Below, in pieces: positions 28,152 to 37,733 of a DNA stretch of 64,000 bases; positions within the stretch are counted from its first letter, which is position 1; the number at the start of each line of letters is the position of its first letter. A model generated the notes under the pieces. That model did no database searches and was not told the origin of the DNA. It saw only the letters and a program-made list of their open reading frames with translations. The translations under genes and the position numbers were made by a program. This DNA comes from a virus (taxonomy: Duplodnaviria; Caudoviricetes): IMG/VR virus record IMGVR_UViG_3300015214_000031, positions 10,694-74,693 of that record. One strand, written 5' to 3'.

Positions 28152-28347
28152 AAAGTCACAAGCTTGGTTTCTTCAACTTATAAAAACCCCAAAAGAAGAA
28201 AGACAAAAACAAAAAGAAGAGTTACTTAATAAAATAAAATTTTATGAGCTTCAACTTTTCAATTATGATTTGATTGATACTATAGAAACCATGAAAAATG
28301 AATTAGAAGATTGTTACAATTTAATTAAGCAATCTGAAGCTGAATAG
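28141..28347 (+). CDS. Hypothetical protein
   Basis: 68-aa ORF, last gene of the + arm. Confidence 0.55.
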   Translation: MVYEKSQAWFLQLIKTPKEERQKQKEELLNKIKFYELQLFNYDLIDTIETMKNELEDCYNLIKQSEAE

Positions 28348-28350
28348 GTC

Positions 28351-28384
28351 AGGGGTACTCTTTTTTGGAGTACCCCTTTTTTTA
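28351..28384. terminator. Rho-independent terminator at the convergence of the two arms
   Basis: AGGGGTACTC/GAGTACCCCT perfect 10-bp stem followed by a T7 run on the + strand. Confidence 0.85.
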
Positions 28385-28747
28385 TGGTGTGATATTTAAA
28401 TTGTTTCCTAGTAAAAGTTTTACAAATGATGTTGCTACTGCCGCTGTGATTGCCCCACCAATTATCTGCAACAAGACAGCCGCAAGTAAAAAAATTCCAG
28501 CCCATTTCATTATCTTATTTTCAATAGTTCTAATTCTTATTTCATGATCGTACAATGTTTTATTTAAATTATCAATCACATCTTTTCTAAACTCTTTTTT
28601 AAAATCTACAAAACATTCTTTTAACTCTTCAAGCAAAACATTCTTTACTTCCGCTACTTGAGATTTAAATTCTAACTGAATCATTTCCACAGTTATATCA
28701 TGGATAAAACATTTCTTTTCATCTTTATCTTTATGTTCATTTGCCAC
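28382..28747 (-). CDS. Coiled-coil protein with C-terminal TM segment (lysis-associated?)
   Basis: HEIRIRTIENKIMKWAGIFLLAAVLLQIIGG. Confidence 0.5.
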   Translation of the reverse strand: MANEHKDKDEKKCFIHDITVEMIQLEFKSQVAEVKNVLLEELKECFVDFKKEFRKDVIDNLNKTLYDHEIRIRTIENKIMKWAGIFLLAAVLLQIIGGAITAAVATSFVKLLLGNNLNITP

Positions 28748-28784
28748 CAGTTATCTCCCCCATCAAAATCAGAAAATTTAACTT

Positions 28785-28976
28785 TTATTTTTCAGGAAGG
28801 TCGGGAAGAGAAAGTAACTTTTCAGCATCTCTAAGCATTTCATCTGGAAGTATAGGCTTATATTCTGGATTATTCCAATTCTCTGCCATATCCTTAACTA
28901 GAAAGTATAATCCAGAAACTAAACTAAGAGATAATCTAACCATATCTACATCATTTTCATTCACTCCCATTTTCAA
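28785..28976 (-). CDS. Hypothetical protein
   Basis: 63-aa ORF overlapping the lipoprotein gene end. Confidence 0.5.
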   Translation of the reverse strand: MKMGVNENDVDMVRLSLSLVSGLYFLVKDMAENWNNPEYKPILPDEMLRDAEKLLSLPDLPEK

Positions 28977-29391
28977 CTCCTCCTAAGCCATATTGAATAA
29001 AAAGATCGGTAGCATCATAAATCAATTTATTTACCTGTTCTTCAGTAAGTTTAAATTTAATGGGCATAACACCTGTATTTACCCATTCATTAACCAATTT
29101 ATTATAGTCAACCAACTTGTATTTCAAATCATTCAAAACAGGATTAACCTTAGTAATTACAAATTCTTTTTCATCAGGTGTTCCATAATCTGTATAAAAC
29201 TTTGCTTTATTATAAAGTCTAATATAAGCCTTAGTTAAATCTTTACCAACGTAACCTGCTTTGTCTGCTTGAGACAGATTGGGATCATTCATATAACCAG
29301 GATTCATTGAAGCACAACTTGTAAAAAAGCACAGCACAGTTAAGATAAACAAAAGTGATACAGTTCCTTTTAATTGCGCCTTTGTCACCAT
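28957..29391 (-). CDS. Lipoprotein (possible spanin-type lysis component)
   Basis: Signal peptide with lipobox-like FTSC; SD AGGAGG. Confidence 0.55.
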   Translation of the reverse strand: MVTKAQLKGTVSLLFILTVLCFFTSCASMNPGYMNDPNLSQADKAGYVGKDLTKAYIRLYNKAKFYTDYGTPDEKEFVITKVNPVLNDLKYKLVDYNKLVNEWVNTGVMPIKFKLTEEQVNKLIYDATDLFIQYGLGGVENGSE

Positions 29392-29451
29392 ACTTTCCTC
29401 CTGTTTAAACTAGCTACAAGCATCCCACACGACTTGGTTTTCTAATTGAAC

Positions 29452-29673
29452 TTATGATTTGTCGTTTTTATTTTCCAAACTTTTTCTTGTAGCATCCACT
29501 TTTCTTCCTAAACCAACAAGACCCATACCGGCAGAAATAAGAAGCCATCCAAATTCCTGCTGCCCCTGATACATTTTAAGACAACCCATAACTACCAACA
29601 TACATGCCGCAAGCCAAGTAACAAATCCCTGCATTCCAACTTTGTCTCTAATAAAGTTAATAATACTACCCAT
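29452..29673 (-). CDS. Holin-like protein (2 TM, basic C-terminus)
   Basis: Two TM helices then GRKVDATRKS... Confidence 0.55.
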   Translation of the reverse strand: MGSIINFIRDKVGMQGFVTWLAACMLVVMGCLKMYQGQQEFGWLLISAGMGLVGLGRKVDATRKSLENKNDKS

Positions 29674-30499
29674 AAATTTCCTCCAAGTATTTTTTCAAAT
29701 CATCAGGATTAAAATTATTAATATCTACTTTTTTAATTTCCATTGGAATATATCTTTCAAAATCCCAAACTTTCTTCAACCCAATACATCTATCATAACC
29801 TAAAATAGAACCTGCAAGATAAAATGGTCCAGAATCAATACCAATAAAAGAACTACATTCTGTAATTTTTTCTATTATTCTTTCAAGATTTGGATCTTCA
29901 AATCGTAAAGATGCACCAAACTTTAAAAATTTCATCCCATTTTCATCATACTGATTAAAAGATGTATTATGAATTTCAAATGGATCTAAACCAAAATCTT
30001 CAATTGTATTCCATATATTTTCAGCAAGTTCTAAATCAGGACTTTTGTTTTTCTGATTGGTATTACCGAAAAAATGAACTCCCACTTCATTAGAAGCATA
30101 ATCTATTGAATCATATCTTTGAAATGGTTTCCATTCAAAATCTTTCAATCCAACAACCAATTCATTACAAAGATAGGGTTTGCTTCTATTCATATACTTA
30201 CCAAATGGCTCTACATACCTTATTCTAAAAATAAAAGTATAAAGATCAATTAAAGGTCTAAAATTTTGAGGAAGACTAAATATTTTCTCAGGCCAAATTG
30301 CATTTAATTTTCTATGAGCATTCGTTCCAATACAAAATTTCCAATGGGGGTATGTCTCCATCAATTTTTGAAATATAGGTAGAAAATTAATTAAATCCCC
30401 CAATCCATGATTAAAAATCAACATAACATTTCCAGGTTCACCCTCATAGGAATCAAGATAATCACATATTTTCTTATCAGGAAATTCAACAACGTACAT
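29666..30499 (-). CDS. GT9-like (heptosyltransferase-type, GT-B) glycosyltransferase
   Basis: HGLGDLINFLP; FIGIDSGPFYLA. Confidence 0.7.
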   Translation of the reverse strand: MYVVEFPDKKICDYLDSYEGEPGNVMLIFNHGLGDLINFLPIFQKLMETYPHWKFCIGTNAHRKLNAIWPEKIFSLPQNFRPLIDLYTFIFRIRYVEPFGKYMNRSKPYLCNELVVGLKDFEWKPFQRYDSIDYASNEVGVHFFGNTNQKNKSPDLELAENIWNTIEDFGLDPFEIHNTSFNQYDENGMKFLKFGASLRFEDPNLERIIEKITECSSFIGIDSGPFYLAGSILGYDRCIGLKKVWDFERYIPMEIKKVDINNFNPDDLKKYLEEIYG

Positions 30500-30502
30500 T
30501 TT

Positions 30503-31222
30503 TTATTCCTTATCAGCAGAAAGAAAAGATTTAATAACACTTTTAGCTTTTTTCAATGAATGACCAGCAATGCAAAATCTATTATCAACACAAACTTGAT
30601 CTTCAGCCACTATACAAAAATCAGCTTTACTTAGAATATCGTCAACAAGAAAAACATTATTGTAAATAACTACTGGATTATTTTTAGTAAGATTCACAAT
30701 CTCAGCACAGATTATTTTATTCCCAAATAAGCAGCATTTATAATTTAAAGAATAAATATAATCGACAAGGGAGGCAGAACCTTTTACATCATTTGATTCT
30801 GTTATTTGAAATGCCACAAAAGGATGTAAAGCATAATAACGAACAGGAGCACTAACATTGGCAATAGGTCTGTTTTGTAAGACCAAGTTAGGAAATCCCA
30901 CAACTTGCTCGTTACATTCTTCAGTATTATAGACCTCTCCAACATCAAAGACATAATCATATTTTTTTAATGTTTCTCTATTCAAACTAGAAAAAAGAAT
31001 AGAGTTTCCAGAGACTAAATGTTTGTCATAGACAATATACAGTGATACAATCTTTACATTTTTATAAACTTTTTGTAATGGTTCAATTAATGGGTTAAAT
31101 GTTTCCAAGCTAACATCATTTGGAAATAGAAACAGAACAGAAGAACCACTTTTAGCTTCCATCAAATGATGATAAATTTTTTTGTTTTTAAATTGATTAA
31201 TTCTTATCATTTCCAACCTCAA
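30503..31222 (-). CDS. Degenerate GT9-like protein
   Basis: Weak GT-B-like pattern (LLVDDILSKADFCIVAED); lacks the GLGD and DSG motifs. Confidence 0.35.
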   Translation of the reverse strand: MRLEMIRINQFKNKKIYHHLMEAKSGSSVLFLFPNDVSLETFNPLIEPLQKVYKNVKIVSLYIVYDKHLVSGNSILFSSLNRETLKKYDYVFDVGEVYNTEECNEQVVGFPNLVLQNRPIANVSAPVRYYALHPFVAFQITESNDVKGSASLVDYIYSLNYKCCLFGNKIICAEIVNLTKNNPVVIYNNVFLVDDILSKADFCIVAEDQVCVDNRFCIAGHSLKKAKSVIKSFLSADKE

Positions 31223-32786
31223 TTATTTTATTTAGAATTTCACCAGAATTGATTTCAACACATACTACACCATGAGGAAGGACTTTATCAAATTTTCGCA
31301 ACCCCTCCAATCCAATGCATTTTTCAGGTCCAAGAATAGACATTGCAAGGTACAAAGGACCGGAATCGACACCAACAAACAAAGAGCAAGTTGCTATTTC
31401 TTCACACATTTTCTTTAAATTTGGAAATTCAAATCGTAATGTTTCTTCTTTAGAAATAAAAGAGGGTTGTTCTATAACATTTAAGTGTTCAATAGGAATC
31501 ATTTGTATCTCAAATGGAATAAAGCCATTCATTTTCAATGAATCCCATAATTTTTCTGCTATGTCCATCGGAACATTTTTTTCTTTTCCTTTTGAATACC
31601 CAAAAAAGTGCACTCCTACTTTTTTTTCTACTTTATTACCTTTTACATTTAATTTGTAAGGTTTCCATTCAAAACTATCCAAACCAATTTCCATCTTATT
31701 ACAAAGATGGGGTTTTGAAATAGTATCAGCATCTTCAATGCCTAATTTTTTGTAATATTCAATTGTAGTTAGGTTTCTTGGGGCATCTGGATACTGAATA
31801 TTACACATTATATCAAATTCATCACCATACTTTCCGTATGGTGCATCTATAATCCTAACTTTTGGATGTAGATACTTAAAATTTCTATCGGGGGTACATC
31901 CAATATACAAATCCCATTTTTCAAATCGCTTAACCAGTTCTTCAAATATAGGAAGAAACAATATAAAATCACCCAATCCATGATTAAACAAGATACAACA
32001 TTTACCTGATTCATACTTTGTTAAAAAATCACATACCTTCTCTTCATAACAACTATGAACTATTCTCATCATTTTATTTTTCTCCCATTCAAATTTATCA
32101 ACTTTTCCTTTAAAATAATCTCTTCCACCAAACAGTTTTCGATGATCTGAGGGTTTACAGTAAGTACCCACAACTCCAATATGCATACTTCTTGGAATAA
32201 CAGGACTCATAACTTTTAAATTGTACTTCTTAATAACAGACCGTATTGACCAATCCCAACCAATTCCACCTATTTTCATTTCTTTAGAAATCAAATCATT
32301 AAACCAATAAGGCTTTAACCATTTTTCCCATGATTCTTTTGTAAAAGCCATTCCAATAGCTACAAAATTATCCCATTCTAACACTGAATATATTTTAGAA
32401 AAATCAATGTTGAGGTAGTGATAAAAGCTACAATGAATGTGCCTGACAGGATCATGATTAAGTAAAAAGAAATCAGCAAATCTAAGAGCGTCATTTGACA
32501 AAATAGAATCGTCTTCCAAATAAACATTAAATTGGCTGTCATCTTTGAAAAGTCTATCCAAAACTTCATAAGGATTTCTCCTTACACCAAGTTTTCTAGG
32601 ATTAACCATTATCTCGGTATCTATAAAATCAATGGATTCACACAAGTAAACATTTTTATCATTCCCAGGTTCCAATGCACAATATAGCTTATCATATCCA
32701 TAAATATCATTTTTTGATAAGCTATCTATTACTTTTTCAAGATAGTGGGGTCTATTATTGGCAGTTATTGAGATTGTCTTTTTCAT
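31197..32786 (-). CDS. Two-domain glycosyltransferase: N-terminal GT-A fold + C-terminal GT9-like domain
   Basis: NRPHYL, YLEDD, WDW, RSMHIG in the N-half; HGLGDFILFLP and FVGVDSGPLYLA in the C-half. Confidence 0.7.
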   Translation of the reverse strand: MKKTISITANNRPHYLEKVIDSLSKNDIYGYDKLYCALEPGNDKNVYLCESIDFIDTEIMVNPRKLGVRRNPYEVLDRLFKDDSQFNVYLEDDSILSNDALRFADFFLLNHDPVRHIHCSFYHYLNIDFSKIYSVLEWDNFVAIGMAFTKESWEKWLKPYWFNDLISKEMKIGGIGWDWSIRSVIKKYNLKVMSPVIPRSMHIGVVGTYCKPSDHRKLFGGRDYFKGKVDKFEWEKNKMMRIVHSCYEEKVCDFLTKYESGKCCILFNHGLGDFILFLPIFEELVKRFEKWDLYIGCTPDRNFKYLHPKVRIIDAPYGKYGDEFDIMCNIQYPDAPRNLTTIEYYKKLGIEDADTISKPHLCNKMEIGLDSFEWKPYKLNVKGNKVEKKVGVHFFGYSKGKEKNVPMDIAEKLWDSLKMNGFIPFEIQMIPIEHLNVIEQPSFISKEETLRFEFPNLKKMCEEIATCSLFVGVDSGPLYLAMSILGPEKCIGLEGLRKFDKVLPHGVVCVEINSGEILNKIIEVGNDKN

Positions 32787-33349
32787 TTTAAAGTAGCAAC
32801 CAATACATCATCTTTAAAAATTACATTCTCATCAGAACCAGTTTCATAAAAAATGTTATACTCTGGATTAATAGCTAAAAGTAATCTTCTTACTTCTTTT
32901 TCTGTAATATAATCCATATTAATTTTACCAAAATCTCTTTTATCATCTATCAATATTGTATGTGTTTTGATTGAATGATTTTTAATTGTTAACAACTCAC
33001 TTATCAACGAAGTAAAGCTTCTTCCTTTTGCTGTTTTATATTCACCAATGGAAGGATCGTTTCCACTTCCAGAATAATGTGCATCCAACCAAAATGTAAT
33101 AGGTTCTTTTATATATTTTATCATTTCCCAAAGAACAACTTCTGATTCTCCATGATAAAGAAAAATATTTTTAACATTATGGAATCTACTGCATACCTTT
33201 CTATAATTATCAATATCAAGTTCTACACTAGAAATATTTTTAAATCCTGCTTTTAAAGCATAATTCACACCGTCACCTGCAAAAGTTCCAGTTTCTACAA
33301 ACCAATTATTCATATATTTTTTAAATAGCATTTCTGAATTAACAGGCAT
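32783..33349 (-). CDS. Class I SAM-dependent methyltransferase-like protein
   Basis: FVETGTFAGDG, SVEL, GES, FWLDAH, ILIDD. Confidence 0.65.
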   Translation of the reverse strand: MPVNSEMLFKKYMNNWFVETGTFAGDGVNYALKAGFKNISSVELDIDNYRKVCSRFHNVKNIFLYHGESEVVLWEMIKYIKEPITFWLDAHYSGSGNDPSIGEYKTAKGRSFTSLISELLTIKNHSIKTHTILIDDKRDFGKINMDYITEKEVRRLLLAINPEYNIFYETGSDENVIFKDDVLVATLK

Positions 33350-33358
33350 TATTATCTC

Positions 33359-34048
33359 CTAGAAAAGATGTTTGATCTCTGTACTTATTAATTTATCTTT
33401 TATGTATAAACCATATTTAAACTTAAAGTTGTTTCTCCTTTCAGCATATTGATTGGTAAACATATGCTCACCAAAATAAGGATTGTTTTCAAATTTACCT
33501 GATTTTGCTTCATGACATTTTTTTATATGATTAAACATATTTTCTTTCGTTAAAGTATTGAACACTTTGAACATTCTATTTATATCCGGTTCCAAATCAA
33601 ACTCATAAATCACTTTTCCAAATTCAGAAATAAAATTTGTTTTTAATCTTTCATATTTAATTGGAACAATGTCCATATGAAAATATTTATTATAGTGCTT
33701 CTTTAAATAACCAATATATAAATCAATGAAATTTTTTATTTCCTTTCCATATTTGAATTTCATTCTTTTCATTTCACTTGAGTAATATGAATATATAACA
33801 TCAACTGGATCTCTATAAAGATAAATTATTGTTTTTTTTCCTTTTACAGTTAAATCAGAATAAACATCATGATCCCCTTCCCACATGGGAATATCACTTA
33901 TTTTATCATGAAAATAATTATGAAAAGGATATAAATAACTATTGAATCTTGGTTGTCTAAAATAAGCTTCCATTAACGCATTTAACCAATGATTTCCACT
34001 TCTAGGAAATCCAATAACTAATGGTAATTCACTTCTACTTTTTCTCAT
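33359..34048 (-). CDS. PAPS-dependent sulfotransferase-like protein
   Basis: 5'-PSB loop GFPRSGNHW; 3'-PB motif YRDPVDVIYS; IKYERL. Confidence 0.75.
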   Translation of the reverse strand: MRKSRSELPLVIGFPRSGNHWLNALMEAYFRQPRFNSYLYPFHNYFHDKISDIPMWEGDHDVYSDLTVKGKKTIIYLYRDPVDVIYSYYSSEMKRMKFKYGKEIKNFIDLYIGYLKKHYNKYFHMDIVPIKYERLKTNFISEFGKVIYEFDLEPDINRMFKVFNTLTKENMFNHIKKCHEAKSGKFENNPYFGEHMFTNQYAERRNNFKFKYGLYIKDKLISTEIKHLF

Positions 34049-34872
34049 TATACCTTTCCATCAAGATGTTCCATTATAGCTTCATATACCCTTTCAGAAA
34101 AATCTCTACAATATTCCTGGGAAAGTACATAATTTTCCTCAGCATACTTTAATTTTCTATAATAATCATTTTCAGTAAGACAATTACAAAGTCCAATAAT
34201 ATGCTTTACATCCTCTACAATGAACATCCCTTTTATATTAAAAAATTTATCTATATTCGGAGCACCCACATAAATAGGTATCGTTTTAGTTTGAAAGCAG
34301 TCCATTAACTTTTCTGTAAAATAATTATTGTAACATGAATTTTCTATTGCAATATGAAACATGGAATCAAACATCACAATCTTTTCATGTGGTTCTGGTC
34401 CCAACTCAGGGTTATCAAAAATATTTGCCATTGGATTATGTGAGCTGTTCCAAAATTCAATGGGTACTTCTGTTATTTCTTTTTGTCTATTCCAAAGTTT
34501 TTGCCTCATATAATGATTTGCAGTCATATTTTTAGAAGTACAAAACGTACTCACTTTAAATTTTTTATTTTCAACTTTTGAAATATCAGATTCTCTTATC
34601 CAAGTCATACCACACAAAAACATTTTTCCATTATCTACTACTTTTAGAATATTTTCATCCCATGTAAGAATCAAATCAAAATAAGGAGCAAGCTCTACTA
34701 CTTTCTTATTGCTCATTCTAGTATTTTCAGGTTCGTTAGAAATATTAAGTACATTAACAACATAGGGATTTTTAGGTCTATCAGCATGAACATTATAAAT
34801 ATCAACCTGAACAGGAAATTGAAGAATATCTTGTCTTAACCAATGGGCAAAATAAATATTTGCAGTAATCAT
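34048..34872 (-). CDS. GT10-like (alpha-1,3-fucosyltransferase-type) glycosyltransferase
   Basis: FHIAIENS...NYFTEKLMDCF...IPIYVGAPNI. Confidence 0.75.
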   Translation of the reverse strand: MITANIYFAHWLRQDILQFPVQVDIYNVHADRPKNPYVVNVLNISNEPENTRMSNKKVVELAPYFDLILTWDENILKVVDNGKMFLCGMTWIRESDISKVENKKFKVSTFCTSKNMTANHYMRQKLWNRQKEITEVPIEFWNSSHNPMANIFDNPELGPEPHEKIVMFDSMFHIAIENSCYNNYFTEKLMDCFQTKTIPIYVGAPNIDKFFNIKGMFIVEDVKHIIGLCNCLTENDYYRKLKYAEENYVLSQEYCRDFSERVYEAIMEHLDGKV

Positions 34873-35795
34873 CTTAGTTTCCCCATAAAAGAATCATAAT
34901 AATCATTGATCCAAATGAGTTCCATAGGATTTAAAACATACTCTAAAACTTTATAAATATAATTCCAATTATTTATCTCATATCCCGGCCTCATACAATG
35001 AGCTTCAACATATTTGGATAGATCTCTATCATCCCAATATGATCTATCCAAACGATCTATAGGAAGATATTCAGGAATCCCTTTGCACTTAGGATAAAAT
35101 GCAGGATTATTGAATATTTCCCTATCAATCATTTGACAATCACTATAATTGGAGTACCTTATTATTTTATTATAAAACAAAACTTCATCATAACCCCACT
35201 GAACTTCTTTTCTTGAATTTCTTCTTAATCCAAATTTAAGTAATCTATTGATTGCTAAATAAATATTTTCTTTATCCCATATTCCCATTACCTTTCGCCA
35301 TGTACTAATATTCATTCCAATATAGCAAACGGGATATCTTTTATGATTATATCCATTAGCATAAAAAAGATGAATAGGCTTTTCCATATCCTGCTGAAAA
35401 AACCAATCTCTTTTCATTGGGATCATATCAACATCACTTGTAAGACAATAAGTTTTATCATCTGAAATAATACAAGGAGAGCAAAACCTTGAAACTTGTG
35501 CAACAACTCCTAAGTTATAGCCATCAAAAGCTGGATTACTATGAATTCTATCTGAATTCAAAAAAACCACATCAGCACCAGCTTCCAATGTTTTCTTTAA
35601 AATAAATGAATTAACCTTATTTGAATACCAACCACTATCACCAACTATAAAAACAATAGGATGATAATTAAATTTAGACCAAACATATGAAGCTATAGGA
35701 GAGAAAAAAGAATAAAAAAGGTTATTGTCAGTAGAAAAAATAACTTTTCTATCAAAAATCATGCCTCTGGTATTTTCGATATAATCATATACCAT
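34869..35795 (-). CDS. Putative GT-A glycosyltransferase
   Basis: DxD motif TSDVDMIP; WGYDE; located inside the glycan cluster. Confidence 0.45.
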   Translation of the reverse strand: MVYDYIENTRGMIFDRKVIFSTDNNLFYSFFSPIASYVWSKFNYHPIVFIVGDSGWYSNKVNSFILKKTLEAGADVVFLNSDRIHSNPAFDGYNLGVVAQVSRFCSPCIISDDKTYCLTSDVDMIPMKRDWFFQQDMEKPIHLFYANGYNHKRYPVCYIGMNISTWRKVMGIWDKENIYLAINRLLKFGLRRNSRKEVQWGYDEVLFYNKIIRYSNYSDCQMIDREIFNNPAFYPKCKGIPEYLPIDRLDRSYWDDRDLSKYVEAHCMRPGYEINNWNYIYKVLEYVLNPMELIWINDYYDSFMGKLR

Positions 35796-36395
35796 TTATT
35801 TACACCTTTTCCAATTTTCCCATACCCAAGAATATTGATATGTAAGTTCATGAGTTTGTGAAAGTCTTTCTTGAATCTTATTTCTTCTTTCGTATGCCCT
35901 ATTAACAAATCTATGAAATTGGACTTGAATATTTTTAAACATCCTCTGAAGATCATTATCCAAAATAGCTTCAAGTATTTCAAATTCACATCCCTCTACG
36001 TTTATTTTAATTAGATCTACCGTTACAATATTTAGACTAACTACAACATCTACAATGGATTTAATTTCAATTTGTTCAGCTTTACTTCCTGTCAAATAAA
36101 TACTGGACGAATCGTCATTTATAAAAATCAAATCCTGTCTGTTATTACATCCAAGACCAAAGTTGAAAATATTAATATTATCATAATCACATAATTCATT
36201 TGTTACATTACAAAAATACTTTTTTACAGGCTCAAAGCCAAATATTCTGCATCCATATTCTTTATGTATTTTTTTGGTAAATTCCCCATTGTAAACTCCA
36301 AGATCCATAACTACTGAATTTGCATTTAAATCATAATCATACCTCAGTTTTTCTGCTTTATCCTGAAACCATTTATTGAATTCCGGCTTTTCCAT
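35796..36395 (-). CDS. FkbM-family methyltransferase
   Basis: VMDLGVYNGEF, FEPV, LIKINVEGCEFEIL, QVQFH. Confidence 0.85.
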   Translation of the reverse strand: MEKPEFNKWFQDKAEKLRYDYDLNANSVVMDLGVYNGEFTKKIHKEYGCRIFGFEPVKKYFCNVTNELCDYDNINIFNFGLGCNNRQDLIFINDDSSSIYLTGSKAEQIEIKSIVDVVVSLNIVTVDLIKINVEGCEFEILEAILDNDLQRMFKNIQVQFHRFVNRAYERRNKIQERLSQTHELTYQYSWVWENWKRCK

Positions 36396-36397
36396 TT

Positions 36398-37150
36398 TTA
36401 TACCCTAAAAATAAATTCACACGGTTGTTGCGGTGATGCCCCTTTGTAACTATTTAATATTTTATAGTGATTTCCAGGCATAAAATTAACATCTTGAAAA
36501 CCTGTCTTTCCATTAATGACAGGACTATATGTTATAGGATTTCCTAAAATGCTTGCCCATAAAGAAAATGTAGAATTTGCCCTAAAAAGAATATCAGCAT
36601 TCATCAATGTAAAAAAATCAGGAAGGAAATCAAACTTGCAATCCTGTGCTATATACGGATTATCATCCGATACCCAAATAACATTATCAATATCAAATCC
36701 ATAATATTCTATTGCTCTTATATAAGATCTTTGAGTAATGCAGCAGTAAATATCAATGTACTTGGATACATAGTCTCCTCTTCTAATATGAGCAGCAACA
36801 TAAAAAGGTTTTAATTTAGGAAACATATCTATCCATTCATCTTTAAACTGTAACCACTTTTTTATCTTGGACATAGAAAGAATATCAAAACAATCTTGAA
36901 ATTGAAAGTATCCAAACAGATCTATATTCACTTCCCCCCAAGGAACAATATCTAACTCAGTTTTTCTTTTTAAAAATTTAATAGGGGGGTGGTCTATATT
37001 TTTAAAAATTTTTCTACCTATCCAATCAGCAGGGATTTCCAAAACAGCATCATGAGTCTCAGCATAAGCTCTAGCAAAGCAATATTGAAAAAGTTGATTA
37101 GCCCACCTTCCAAACTTTCCTAAGCAACTGCATTGTATTATTCTGCTCAT
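36398..37150 (-). CDS. GT11-like (alpha-1,2-fucosyltransferase-type) glycosyltransferase
   Basis: GRWANQLFQY, HIRRGDY, SDD, NSTFSLWA. Confidence 0.85.
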   Translation of the reverse strand: MSRIIQCSCLGKFGRWANQLFQYCFARAYAETHDAVLEIPADWIGRKIFKNIDHPPIKFLKRKTELDIVPWGEVNIDLFGYFQFQDCFDILSMSKIKKWLQFKDEWIDMFPKLKPFYVAAHIRRGDYVSKYIDIYCCITQRSYIRAIEYYGFDIDNVIWVSDDNPYIAQDCKFDFLPDFFTLMNADILFRANSTFSLWASILGNPITYSPVINGKTGFQDVNFMPGNHYKILNSYKGASPQQPCEFIFRV

Positions 37151-37154
37151 AGTT

Positions 37155-37733
37155 TCACATCCTAGCTATCCAAATGTTTCCTTCTCTAATTTCAAAACCA
37201 TTGGGAAAAAATCCATTTTTATCTAATTCATCTACTGCTGCTTTTACATCATTCCCATTACTATCATTTAAATAATAATCATGTCCTGCCAATACCATTC
37301 CTTTTTTTACTTTAGATGCCCAAGAAACTATATCCCTATTTACATTAAAAGCATCATGGTCAGCATCAATAAAAACAAAATCCAGTGAATTATCATTGAA
37401 CATTTTTGCTGCCAAATGTGATTCTCTTTTTATATCTACTATATAGTCCCTAACTCCATTCCTGTTTAAAATAAAATTATAAATCTCATAAATATATGGT
37501 TGCTCTGGAAGAGTTGAAGATTTCCAATCCTCCCAAACATCTACAGCCCATACCCTAAAATCTTTTTTCCCTGCTTTAATCATCTCTCTTACTAAATATG
37601 AAATAGAAAATCCCTTAAAAACCCCAACCTCTACAGCAGTAAAAATATTTGGATCATATGCCACTTCTTTATAAAATTTCTCAAATGTAAACCAATTATT
37701 AGTATAAAGATGTGATTTTATATTAAATTTCAT
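37155..37733 (-). CDS. Class I SAM methyltransferase (Methyltransf_24-like)
   Basis: VEVGVFKG, AVDVW, FVFIDADH, AGHDY. Confidence 0.8.
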   Translation of the reverse strand: MKFNIKSHLYTNNWFTFEKFYKEVAYDPNIFTAVEVGVFKGFSISYLVREMIKAGKKDFRVWAVDVWEDWKSSTLPEQPYIYEIYNFILNRNGVRDYIVDIKRESHLAAKMFNDNSLDFVFIDADHDAFNVNRDIVSWASKVKKGMVLAGHDYYLNDSNGNDVKAAVDELDKNGFFPNGFEIREGNIWIARM

